From: Candidatus Melainabacteria bacterium
Lineage (GTDB): Bacteria > Cyanobacteriota > Vampirovibrionia > LMEP-6097
Direction of reading: 5' to 3'
Assembly: GCA_028817775.1 (NCBI GenBank)
Contig: JAPPOW010000230.1
Span: 1 to 57,221, forward strand
Length of the DNA: 57,221 bases
Shown here: positions 44,066 to 52,705 of the stretch, one piece after another
Layout: each line of letters opens with the position of its first letter
Position numbering within the stretch: the first letter of the stretch is position 1
The notes under the pieces: generated by a model
Database searches by the model: none
The model's input: only the letters and a program-made list of their open reading frames with translations
Told to the model about the DNA's origin: nothing
Translations under genes and position numbers: made by a program

Positions 44066-44773
44066 ATGTTAATCAATCAAGATTCTAGTACCTGGACAGC
44101 CATGCAGGCTGGTAGAAGGAAAAGAAAGTCACATCGCAAGCCTGGCTTTAATCCACCTAAGCCATTAGTGATGCCAAGAAGTGCCAGAGAAGCTGATTTA
44201 GTAGCAGCTTCAAAGCCAGTTGCTAAAACTCAAAAAGCTAGTGCTCCAGCTTTGAAACCTGACCCTGAAGATATTTTTTACTTTGGTTATCCAGCTCACT
44301 TTATTTACGAGAACTTAACTACTTGGGATTTAACAGAAGTAGGTGCCGAAAATATTAATAGATTGGGCTTTGAGAAACCACATGCCTTTTTTGACTCTTT
44401 GGGGGCAGTTTTGCGAAGGTCTGAGCAACCACCTTTGATAATTTATAGTGCATTTGGGGATCATAATGTTGCAAGTTTCCAACGAAACTTTGATGGTCCT
44501 TTTGGCTTGTCCCTGCCAGATAGTCTTTCAAGTGCCTACTCAACAAGTGGCTTTCTTGAGCTTTTGAACGAATTTTGTGAGAGAGAAAATATTCCAGAAG
44601 CACAGAGACCTTTTGTTTATATCATGGACTATTATGATGGGGCACTTGGTAAGGATAAAGAAATGAAAGCAGCTTATCCTAGAACTTTAGATATTGAAAA
44701 TACTGGTGATACAGAGATTTTTGGACATGCCAAAGATGCGGTCTTAAGTTATAGAGCGGCAATCAAACAATAA
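44066..44773 (+). CDS. Hypothetical protein
   Basis: 235-aa ORF with a basic N-terminus (RRKRKSHRKPG). No family recognised. Confidence 0.5.
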   Translation: MLINQDSSTWTAMQAGRRKRKSHRKPGFNPPKPLVMPRSAREADLVAASKPVAKTQKASAPALKPDPEDIFYFGYPAHFIYENLTTWDLTEVGAENINRLGFEKPHAFFDSLGAVLRRSEQPPLIIYSAFGDHNVASFQRNFDGPFGLSLPDSLSSAYSTSGFLELLNEFCERENIPEAQRPFVYIMDYYDGALGKDKEMKAAYPRTLDIENTGDTEIFGHAKDAVLSYRAAIKQ

Positions 44774-44798
44774 AAAGAGCGGTCATTGACCGCTCTTT
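44774..44798. terminator. Bidirectional intrinsic terminator hairpin between convergent genes
   Basis: AAAGAGCGGTC-ATT-GACCGCTCTTT: perfect 11-bp stem whose A/T-rich ends give a U-tract on either strand. Confidence 0.7.
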
Positions 44799-44852
44799 AT
44801 CCCACTTAGGTTAAGCTTAGAGTAATACTCCACAAGAATCCCCTCATTAAGC

Positions 44853-46352
44853 TTATCCTAGGTTAATTAATGTCTGAAGGACGTCATCAGATCTCTGAAC
44901 TGTTGTTGCATTGAACTGAAGACCTCTTTGGAAGGCAATCAATTCAGCGAACTCATCAGCGATGTTAACGTTTGATGACTCAAGTGCACCAGAAACAATC
45001 TGAGTAGCATTGATTGATCTTGCGTTTCTGTTAAACGGACCATCAATTACAGATGTAGCCGCTAGACCAGAGTTAGCAGTTTGTTGGAATCTATTTGCAC
45101 CAATAGACTTAAGACCATCCGGGTTAATGAAGTTACTCATTAGTAATCTAGCAATCTTGAGTTCCTCTGATCCAGGACCAATGATTGAGATAGTACCATT
45201 GGAAGAGATTGTGAAACTATTAGTTTCTCTCTCTAATGCTGAATCTTGGTCATACAAGAAATTAGGAATCTTGATTGATGAATATAAATCAGAAACATCT
45301 GCAACTTTCATATGTTCAAAGTCATCATTACCAACAGTAATATTAGAGCCAACTTGGGTTGTTGCTGCTGCACCTGAGAAAACCATTGTGTCACTAGTCT
45401 GAGTAGTAGAATCGTACTCAATATTAGCGAATGCATCTTCAAGTGAGTCAACACCAGGTTCTAATCTGATTCTCATTTGCAACTTGTCATCTGAACCATT
45501 GGTCATTTCAAATGAAAGTACACCATCTAGAATTGAAGCATTAGTATCAATTGCTGCAGTGAACAAGTCATCTGAAGTACCACCATTGGCATCATCGAAA
45601 GTAAAGAGTAATTTGTTGTCGTCTCGTCTAGAGATTGTCAAATCACCTGGAGTACCAGTTGTCACACCAGTGTTCTCATCGATTAAACCACCACGGATAC
45701 TAAGTTCTTGAAGTACTCCAGCAGTAAATGCAGGGGTAGAACCAGTAACGTTGGTAACAGTTGGAGTAGGAAGAGCTAAGTTAGGTGCACTCAAACCATT
45801 GTTTGGATACATGGTTGGGCTACCAGCCGGACCAATTGTTTGGTCTGTGTGGAAAGTGATTGCACTATAACCACTGATAGATTTTACTTTCTCTGTTGCA
45901 TGGTCATAGAGAGTTGCTGCCATAACTTTGGCACCATCTGCTGTAACCAAGTTTCCATCAGCGTCTAGAAGGAAGTGACCATCACGAGTATACTCTGGGT
46001 TGAGGATCTCGTTGGTTCCATCTGGAGTTGATGCCGAGATTACAAAGAAACCGTTTCCTGAAATTGCAAGGTCAGTTACGTTTCCTGTTTGTTTTAGTGA
46101 ACCTTGTGAGAATACCGAGTTGATATCACTCAAAGTTAAACCTGTACCAATTTGGCCTGGGTTCTTACCACCTTTAATGATAGATGGCGCTGAAGCATTT
46201 GATAGTGTACTGCTAACTGCTTCTGAAAAGTGTACTCTGGAGCCTTTGAAGCCGGTCGTGTTGACGTTGGCGATATTGTTTGCAATGACTGAGATCGCAT
46301 TCTGTTGCGTACTCAGGGCCCCTGCTCCTGTAAATAACGATGGGATTGGCAT
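44853..46352 (-). CDS. flgE: Flagellar hook protein FlgE
   Basis: N-terminus SLFTGAGALSTQQNAISVIANNIANVNTTGFKGSRVHF and C-terminus GALESSNVNIADEFAELIAFQRGLQFNATTVQRSDDVLQTLINL match flagellar axial-protein termini, closest in style to Bacillus-type FlgE. 499 aa. AGGAG RBS. Confidence 0.85.
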   Translation of the reverse strand: MPIPSLFTGAGALSTQQNAISVIANNIANVNTTGFKGSRVHFSEAVSSTLSNASAPSIIKGGKNPGQIGTGLTLSDINSVFSQGSLKQTGNVTDLAISGNGFFVISASTPDGTNEILNPEYTRDGHFLLDADGNLVTADGAKVMAATLYDHATEKVKSISGYSAITFHTDQTIGPAGSPTMYPNNGLSAPNLALPTPTVTNVTGSTPAFTAGVLQELSIRGGLIDENTGVTTGTPGDLTISRRDDNKLLFTFDDANGGTSDDLFTAAIDTNASILDGVLSFEMTNGSDDKLQMRIRLEPGVDSLEDAFANIEYDSTTQTSDTMVFSGAAATTQVGSNITVGNDDFEHMKVADVSDLYSSIKIPNFLYDQDSALERETNSFTISSNGTISIIGPGSEELKIARLLMSNFINPDGLKSIGANRFQQTANSGLAATSVIDGPFNRNARSINATQIVSGALESSNVNIADEFAELIAFQRGLQFNATTVQRSDDVLQTLINLG

Positions 46353-46364
46353 TTATTTTCTCCT

Positions 46365-47138
46365 TTATCTACCCAATGCTAATGTGGCTTCCAGTAATTC
46401 ATTAGCTGTTTGAGTAACCCTAGATACCGACTGGAATGATCTTTGGTATGCGATCAAGTCAACCATGTTGGCACTTAGGTCTGCGTTCGACGCCTCTAAT
46501 GCTCCAGACACAACTTGGGTTGCAGCAGTACCTGAACCCAACTCTTCTGCCGAGGAGTATTGAGGTGTTCCTGAATTGAGTGTTTCTCGATATTGGCTGT
46601 TGCCAATTGGTTCAAGCGCTTGATCATTTGCAAAACTCGCGAGTTGCAATTGAGCCAAGACTTGGAATGAGTCATCTCCCGATTCAAGAATTCTTATTTC
46701 ACCAGCCTGGGTGACTTCCATTGATTCGGTGGTGACAGGTAGTAGGATCTTAGATCCGCCTGAAGACAGTACGTAGTTGCCGTTTGCATCTACTAGTGCT
46801 CTCTCACCATCGAAGCTGAAATGACCTGATCTTGTGTAGATCACGTCACCAGTGGTGCTTTGTAAAGTAAAGAAACCTTTGCCTGTTAGTGCAAGGTCGG
46901 TAATTTGATTTGATGTTTTCAAGCTACCTTGGTTAAAGTTTGGTCTGATTGCTGCCACTGCAGCACCAGCGTATTGAGGATACTGACCGCTGCCTCTGCC
47001 TACTACACTTGAGAACTGTACTTTTTTCTCTTTGTAAGCGGTGGTATTAGTGTTAGCGATATTGTGTGCAACTACATCAATGGCAGATTGCATGCCTTTC
47101 ATTGTTGATGCGGATGATTTTAGTGCGCTAATTGACAT
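46365..47138 (-). CDS. Flagellar basal-body rod / hook-basal-body protein (FlgF/FlgG family)
   Basis: N-terminus MQSAIDVVAHNIANTNTTAYKEKKVQF and C-terminus GALEASNADLSANMVDLIAYQRSFQSVSRVTQTANELL. 257 aa. AAGGAG RBS. Confidence 0.8.
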   Translation of the reverse strand: MSISALKSSASTMKGMQSAIDVVAHNIANTNTTAYKEKKVQFSSVVGRGSGQYPQYAGAAVAAIRPNFNQGSLKTSNQITDLALTGKGFFTLQSTTGDVIYTRSGHFSFDGERALVDANGNYVLSSGGSKILLPVTTESMEVTQAGEIRILESGDDSFQVLAQLQLASFANDQALEPIGNSQYRETLNSGTPQYSSAEELGSGTAATQVVSGALEASNADLSANMVDLIAYQRSFQSVSRVTQTANELLEATLALGR

Positions 47139-47291
47139 AGTATCTCCTTAAGCTTTTTCGCTTAGTGTCATTATCTGCAAATAAGTCTTTTTTTGAACTT
47201 AGGCCTTTGGGGTATTTAGCTTCAATTAGATGGCCTAATTTCTTGATAAATACCGGATTTTAGTCCTCCGGCCTATAGTTTGTAGTTGATT

Positions 47292-49205
47292 CTAGTTAAT
47301 TTGGAGGGGAATACGTGCCAAAATTGCCCCGCAACCTAGAGCTAGAAGCCAGGAGCTGAGCCAGATTGCCATCGCAGATTTGAAGTTTTGTTCTTTGATC
47401 ATGACGGCCACAGTAGCGATACATGGCACGAATAAAGTAAGCACCGTGCAGGCTGTAACCAGCTGGCTGGCGCTCATTGGGATATCCATCAAACCAAAGG
47501 CACCAAAATCTCGGCGTACCATACCCAAAATAAAGCTAATTGCTACTTCTTTAGGTAGCAAGAGTACCTGGCTGATAACAGGTTCACTTATTTCTACTAT
47601 CCAGCTTAGTAGCCCAGTAACTTGCAGGAAACTCACTACGGCAGCAGCTATGAAGAAGGCTGGAGTAGCCTCGTCAAGAAATATCTTTGATCTAACTATA
47701 GTTTTGGAGAAAATATTGCTCAGCCTTGGAATTCTCAGTGGTGGAATATCAGAGATAAACTGCCCACAATCACCTGGCAAGACTTTATTTAAGATGCTAC
47801 CGGTTGCAATGAAGACAATAGTGAGAGTACCAGCCCAAATGAGCCATGGAGTGATGCCACCAATATTAGAGAGTAAGCCTTGAATTACTCCTAATTGAGC
47901 CGAGCAGGGGATGGTTAAACCAAGCAATGCCATGGTGATTAGTTTTTCTTTTTTGTTATTGAGCAGGCGGGTGGTTACTGTTGCCATGGTGACACAGCCG
48001 CCACCAAGAATAAGTGGGATGATAGCTCTACCATTCATGCCTAATTTAGAAAGAATGCCATCTACTAGTACAGCTAGGCGCGGTAGGTAGCCGCTATCTT
48101 CAAGCATGGCTAACCCAAAGTAGAAACCTAAAACTAGTGGCATCAATAAACCATATAAGTAAGTGATTGTTAAAGTAAGTAGACCGTAGTCACCAGCAAG
48201 CATTGTGCCAATAGCAGCACTAGGATTGTCAAAGAGTAAATTGCCACTTGGCTCTTTAATGACAGGCAAGATTTGGCTTACTAGTTTGGTAATTAATGGA
48301 TTAAAGTGAGCATTGAAGACTGAGTTTTCGAGAAGATCAACCACTGTGCCAGCTACAAAAATTCCAAGAAACTGAAACAAGAAAGTATAGAGAATAACGA
48401 TTGCTGCAATTGAACCAATAACTGGGTTGAGTAGTAATTTACCGATCAGGGTACGTTTAGAAAATTTGCTTTGACTAACTACTTTAGCGACTAAATCATT
48501 AACTTGCTCACGGCGGATTTGATAAATATCTTCGCGGGCTTTATCACTTGAGTTTTCAGCAGCAAGCAGAGCTTCAAATCTAGTTGGCATCTCATCGTAG
48601 TATTGAGTAATTTGAGCGTCTATCTCTGCTGAGATCGTGCCTACTTTAAACTGTGCTAGTTTTGCTTTTTTGTTTTGTACTGCGTTGAGGAGAGCTTGTT
48701 TTAATTCAGCTAAACCTTCGCCATCAATAGCAACCGCTTCAATAATGTCTAAACCTAGTTCTTGAGAGAGTTTCTTTGTATCAATCTCAACTTTACGGAT
48801 GCGCGCCTCATCGCACTGATTGAGAACAATTAGCATTGGTTTACCCAGGTCAGCTAATTGCTTGGTCAAGAAGAGATCCCGGCTGAGGCTGATACTTGAG
48901 ACTACATTGATAATAAGGTTGGCTGAATCTAAGCAGTCGCGGGTGGCAATTTCTTCATCATTGAGAGTGGAGATACCATAGACTCCTGGGCTATCAACTA
49001 ATTTAAGTTTGTAATCCTCAAGTCCAAAATCTCTAGCTTCAGTATCACTGACACTAAGATCAGCAGAACTAATTTCAATAGTGGTACCAGGATAGTTGCT
49101 GACATCAACATAGACACCAGTAAGGTAATTAAAGATGACAGACTTACCCACATTGGGGTTACCGACTAGAGCTATATTGATGGTTTTAGTTTTTAGCTCT
49201 GGCAT
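47292..49205 (-). CDS. feoB: Ferrous iron transporter B
   Basis: N-terminal G-domain IALVGNPNVGKSVIFNYLTG, DSPGVY, NQCD, followed by a polytopic membrane domain. Confidence 0.92.
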   Translation of the reverse strand: MPELKTKTINIALVGNPNVGKSVIFNYLTGVYVDVSNYPGTTIEISSADLSVSDTEARDFGLEDYKLKLVDSPGVYGISTLNDEEIATRDCLDSANLIINVVSSISLSRDLFLTKQLADLGKPMLIVLNQCDEARIRKVEIDTKKLSQELGLDIIEAVAIDGEGLAELKQALLNAVQNKKAKLAQFKVGTISAEIDAQITQYYDEMPTRFEALLAAENSSDKAREDIYQIRREQVNDLVAKVVSQSKFSKRTLIGKLLLNPVIGSIAAIVILYTFLFQFLGIFVAGTVVDLLENSVFNAHFNPLITKLVSQILPVIKEPSGNLLFDNPSAAIGTMLAGDYGLLTLTITYLYGLLMPLVLGFYFGLAMLEDSGYLPRLAVLVDGILSKLGMNGRAIIPLILGGGCVTMATVTTRLLNNKKEKLITMALLGLTIPCSAQLGVIQGLLSNIGGITPWLIWAGTLTIVFIATGSILNKVLPGDCGQFISDIPPLRIPRLSNIFSKTIVRSKIFLDEATPAFFIAAAVVSFLQVTGLLSWIVEISEPVISQVLLLPKEVAISFILGMVRRDFGAFGLMDIPMSASQLVTACTVLTLFVPCIATVAVMIKEQNFKSAMAIWLSSWLLALGCGAILARIPLQIN

Positions 49206-49414
49206 ATCTCCACCTTGATTTGCGCTGCTTGTTTATCCCCGATGGCTATTTCTTGTAGATCTTTGAGCAAGACTACTGGTCCAGCTGGGATTTTGGATGC
49301 GCAGCAAACCTGATCACCTTCACAAATCCCTATCCTTATAAGTTTTGCTTTGAGTTCACTTGGTAATTTGAGGATTTTGAGGCATTGGCCTGTTTTGGCT
49401 TGGTTTAACAACAT
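49193..49414 (-). CDS. feoA: FeoA-family ferrous iron transport protein A
   Basis: 73 aa, SH3-like FeoA pattern (LRIGICEGDQV...GPVVL...IAIGDKQAAQIKV). Overlaps the feoB start by 13 nt. Confidence 0.85.
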   Translation of the reverse strand: MLLNQAKTGQCLKILKLPSELKAKLIRIGICEGDQVCCASKIPAGPVVLLKDLQEIAIGDKQAAQIKVEICQS

Positions 49415-49418
49415 TTAT

Positions 49419-49435
49419 ATGAGAATTGTTCTCAT
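49419..49435. promoter_or_regulatory. Fur-box-like palindrome ATGAGAA-TTG-TTCTCAT, 5 bp upstream of feoA
   Basis: Perfect 7-3-7 inverted repeat. Read as TGAGAAT-T-GTTCTCA it matches the 7-1-7 Fur consensus TGATAAT-N-ATTATCA at 11 of 14 positions. Context is upstream of the iron-uptake operon. Confidence 0.5.
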
Positions 49436-49855
49436 TAAATATAGCACTTCCCCTTATCTTAGAGCATGGTTTAAATAATTCTTGCTTATCTTTAGTTTTG
49501 TAATTCAGCTGAGACATATAGTTGCTCTATTAGAAAAGTTTCTCCGAATATCAGACAAATTGCTTCCCATTCGGCGCAGCTGCTATCACAAAGTTATTGT
49601 TGTTTTGCTTTGCAAAACGAAAAGGCAACGTGAATCCGATATGAGAAGCAATTGTCTGAATTCTCCAAAACTTTTCTTAGACCCCAGCAGATTCTCTTTT
49701 CGCGAGTCTCAAGAAGCGGGCACAAAACAATTTCTCGGAGAAAACATTTGCAGGAAAATCAATACTAGCAAGATCGAAGATCTTGCCCATTTTCCGAAAC
49801 CGTTTTTCCGAAAATTCGTTTTGTGCTAAGCTTCGGACTGTTTCGCGATATGGTC

Positions 49856-49892
49856 GGAAGATCCTGACGTCGCAAAGCTCCTCAGGATGACC
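49856..49892 (-). repeat. Family-A hairpin element (A7)
   Basis: Reverse read: GGTCATCCTGAGGAGCTTTGCGACGTCAGGATCTTCC. Confidence 0.85.
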
Positions 49893-49981
49893 ATCAAAAT
49901 AAGCAAGAATTATCTAGGTTTTTAGCTGAAAACTAGATTTAATTAAAGCTTTATATAATTCGTCAAGACAAGCAAGCTAGA

Positions 49982-50656
49982 ATGATGGCAATGGAAAAGC
50001 GCAGCGCGGCTCGTGAGTTAGCATTTCTTGCTTTGTTCCAACTCCCGCAGAAATCTGAAAACATAAATATCGACAAACTCTCAAAAATGGACCTTGACGC
50101 CATTTGTTTGTCAGCGATTCGCACCTTGGCTGATCACAGCAAGGACAATATCAAGTCTGCTGAAGCTTTCTTTATTAAAGCTGAGCGTGCCGTGATGGAA
50201 CACCAAGTTAATCACGAGGCTAATGAAGCACTAGATGAAGCGACTCGTTCAGTTGAACTACCGCAGACTGAAGATTTTATAGAACATTTGAATAATTGTT
50301 ACCAAGCAATTGCGCTGATGCGTGAGGGCTTGCAGCTGCCTGAAGTTTATTGGCACTACCATGATGAAGCTACCAAAGAATTTGCACTTGATTTGATTTT
50401 TAAATATGTCAACAATCGTGAGGAAGTTGCAAGCTTGATCAAAGATGTCTCTAAATCATGGAAGGCAGAGCGTATCCAGAAGACTGAGCGTAAATTAATT
50501 GAACTTGGTATTACTGAGCTTGTGGCTTCTGATTTAGCTCACTCAGTAGTGGTTTCCGAAACTATTAAACTAGCTAATAAATATTCAACTGAAGAAGGTA
50601 TCAAATTTATCAATGGTATCTTGGCTGATGTGATTAAGATTCTTCAGGATCACTAG
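49982..50656 (+). CDS. nusB: Transcription antitermination factor NusB (long form)
   Basis: N-terminus RSAARELAFLALFQL and C-terminus ERIQKTERKLIELGITEL...VVVSETIKLANKYSTEEGIKFINGILADV are NusB hallmarks. About 80 extra residues lie between them. Confidence 0.75.
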   Translation: MMAMEKRSAARELAFLALFQLPQKSENINIDKLSKMDLDAICLSAIRTLADHSKDNIKSAEAFFIKAERAVMEHQVNHEANEALDEATRSVELPQTEDFIEHLNNCYQAIALMREGLQLPEVYWHYHDEATKEFALDLIFKYVNNREEVASLIKDVSKSWKAERIQKTERKLIELGITELVASDLAHSVVVSETIKLANKYSTEEGIKFINGILADVIKILQDH

Positions 50657-51920
50657 TTGTTTCTGGTTCTGGTGGTGGAGGTTCTGGCTCTGCTTTACTG
50701 ACTTGAGCTTCAGTGTTCTGAGGAGAGTCTTCTGCAACTTGAGTTTCTTGATCTGAGTTTGCTGCTCCATCACTGCTTAGAGCCCTAGCTGCTTCAGCTA
50801 AAGCGTCCCCAGCTGCAACTAGTGATGGAGGTAATACAGCTTGAGCTATTTCTCTACCCGTCATATTTCTTTCTTCACCAGTTTTGGGGTCAGTTACAGT
50901 TGTTACTTCATCGACAACTTCTACTAATTCTTCCAAAGTTTCTTGTGCAGCTTCTACGGTATCTTCAAATTTAGTTTCAGCTGCTTCAATTTTTCGTTCT
51001 TCTTCCGTTTGGGCTTCAATTTCATCTACATGGTGTTCAAATGTTTCAACTTCGTGGGCTGTACCGTCACCTGATAGGTGATAAACAGTGTTACCATCTT
51101 CATCCATGCCATCTTCTACGTTAAAACCAGCTTTAATTGCTTTATCAATAATTGCAGTTAATTTTGCTGGATCATCAATACCTGTAAGAGTTATATCAAG
51201 ATGTTTAGAGTCGCCACTACCATGATGTCTATATTTTACGTGACCATCAGGAGTTCGTTTTAATGCATGCTCGATTTCTTGAAATAATGCTTCTCTTGGT
51301 GATAGACTTGGTTTGCTTGTGCCACCAGTAATAGGTCCCTTGGAGTAACCACCACCTGAGCTATTGTCATGGTTTGAATTATTACCATTCCACCAATTGT
51401 AGAAATTTTGTCCCCAACTATTGTTGTTCGCAGGAGGTAGGCTGCCACCTGCACCACCCCAAGCATCGTCAATGCCCTGATGGTTATAAGAATTGAAAGA
51501 TTCGTTGAGGCGTCCTTGTTGAAGTGCGTTGAGTTCACTTTGTGGATTAAGGGCACTTGCCATTGTACCTTCAAGTAGCGCACTATTTTCTGGTCGCATC
51601 AAATCAGCTCTACCATTTACTGGACTTGCATCTTTAAATACACCACTAAGACTCGAGCTTAGATTAGCATTGGTTTGAGAATCTGAATTACTGGTGCTAG
51701 TTGCAAAATTTTCTTGCTTGCCTTGGCTAGTGCCAATATCAACTTGTGAGAATGGGAAATTAGGATCAGCATCTGAGCTGTCGCTAGAACCAGCTTGCGC
51801 TTGCGGTCCACTGACTTGGCTAATAGCAGACTTGGTGGTTTTATTGCCACCACTAACTTGGTTTATGCGGCCCGAGCCTGCACCCTGAATGCCTTGCAAA
51901 ATTTTTGCTGAATTAGCCAT
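50634..51920 (-). CDS. Hypothetical protein: S/G/N/Q-rich N-half, small folded middle, highly acidic C-terminus
   Basis: 428-aa ORF with no signal peptide and low-complexity ends. Overlaps the convergent nusB end by 23 nt. Confidence 0.5.
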   Translation of the reverse strand: MANSAKILQGIQGAGSGRINQVSGGNKTTKSAISQVSGPQAQAGSSDSSDADPNFPFSQVDIGTSQGKQENFATSTSNSDSQTNANLSSSLSGVFKDASPVNGRADLMRPENSALLEGTMASALNPQSELNALQQGRLNESFNSYNHQGIDDAWGGAGGSLPPANNNSWGQNFYNWWNGNNSNHDNSSGGGYSKGPITGGTSKPSLSPREALFQEIEHALKRTPDGHVKYRHHGSGDSKHLDITLTGIDDPAKLTAIIDKAIKAGFNVEDGMDEDGNTVYHLSGDGTAHEVETFEHHVDEIEAQTEEERKIEAAETKFEDTVEAAQETLEELVEVVDEVTTVTDPKTGEERNMTGREIAQAVLPPSLVAAGDALAEAARALSSDGAANSDQETQVAEDSPQNTEAQVSKAEPEPPPPEPETTSDPEES

Positions 51921-51973
51921 TTTGGAATCTCTAATTCAATGTATATAAACTGGTTTAAGGTAGGGTTATGGAT

Positions 51974-52531
51974 CTAGATTTCTACACCGTCTAACTGAGC
52001 TTTGAAGATAAGTTGAAGCCTTTCTATTAAGAACTTGTCACCATGAGCACTTGCGCTGCCATCTGCTCTGAGCCAAACTAGGGCTTCATTGTTGTGAGCA
52101 GTGACAAACCTAAATAAAGTCCCGCCGGTTTGCCTTTCTTCTTGCATCAAAGTATCGCCATTGTCGTAGTACCACGTTGAAATTTTGTCCCCATTCAACG
52201 TGGTTTCGACTGTCTTTTCTAGCTTTTTCTCTGCATCAAGTAAGTACATTACTTCAGAACCATCGTACTTAAATTCATGCATTGCTGGAAGTCCCTTGGA
52301 ATCCTCTGATAGATGGAAGATTTTGCCGCCGTCCATAGTATGTTCAACTGCAACCTCCACTCCTTCTGTATCATGAGTAAAAATTATTTGATTGCCATCC
52401 TCAGTCCTTGAGAATGCAAGCTCCTGCCCCTCTCCATCAGTGATTTTGCTTATATTATTGATTTCTCTTGCAAATACAAACTTTGCCTCAATCTTCTCTT
52501 TGATAAGCACTCTTGTGTTGGTTTCTTTCAT
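51974..52531 (-). CDS. Hypothetical protein, paralog of 53519..54082
   Basis: 185 aa. Aligns end to end with the 187-aa product of 53519..54082 (shared DGEGQ.L.FS.T..GN.II.T.D.EG..VA.EH..DG.K.FH...DSKGLPAMHEFK.DG.E..YL.D..K.LEK.VE...NGDK..TW...). Confidence 0.6.
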   Translation of the reverse strand: MKETNTRVLIKEKIEAKFVFAREINNISKITDGEGQELAFSRTEDGNQIIFTHDTEGVEVAVEHTMDGGKIFHLSEDSKGLPAMHEFKYDGSEVMYLLDAEKKLEKTVETTLNGDKISTWYYDNGDTLMQEERQTGGTLFRFVTAHNNEALVWLRADGSASAHGDKFLIERLQLIFKAQLDGVEI

Positions 52532-52596
52532 AGTAACTATATAAAGTTTGGCTGGAGCGCCATTGATTGCAAATTACTTAATCGGTTCTTAACGTT

Positions 52597-52693
52597 GTCA
52601 TCCTGAGGAACGCCGTAGGCGTGACGTCAGGACCCCATTGTTACCAAGCTGATTGGGGAGATCCTGACGTCGCCTGCTGCTCCTCAGGATGAC
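52597..52693. repeat. Inverted dimer of family-A hairpin elements (A8 52597-52636 forward, A9 52655-52693 reverse)
   Basis: GTCATCCTGAGGAACGCCGTAGGCGTGACGTCAGGACCCC, an 18-nt spacer, then GGGGAGATCCTGACGTCGCCTGCTGCTCCTCAGGATGAC. Confidence 0.88.
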
Positions 52694-52705
52694 AGCCATG
52701 CTAAA

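Noticed and set aside
45010-46413. Plus-strand ORFs (45010..45402, 45484..45711, 46000..46413) antisense to flgE and the rod-family gene
   Set aside because: The minus-strand products carry canonical flagellar axial-protein termini. The antisense ORFs have no recognisable features.
47380-47883. 167-aa plus-strand ORF antisense to feoB, and similar antisense ORFs in oppA (24199..24657) and elsewhere
   Set aside because: They are embedded in confidently identified genes on the other strand. This is expected by chance in AT-rich sequence with few stop codons in that frame.
49482-49829. 115-aa ORF in the feoA-nusB gap
   Set aside because: TTG start without an SD sequence, odd composition, no homology signal visible. 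Treated as non-coding pending evidence.
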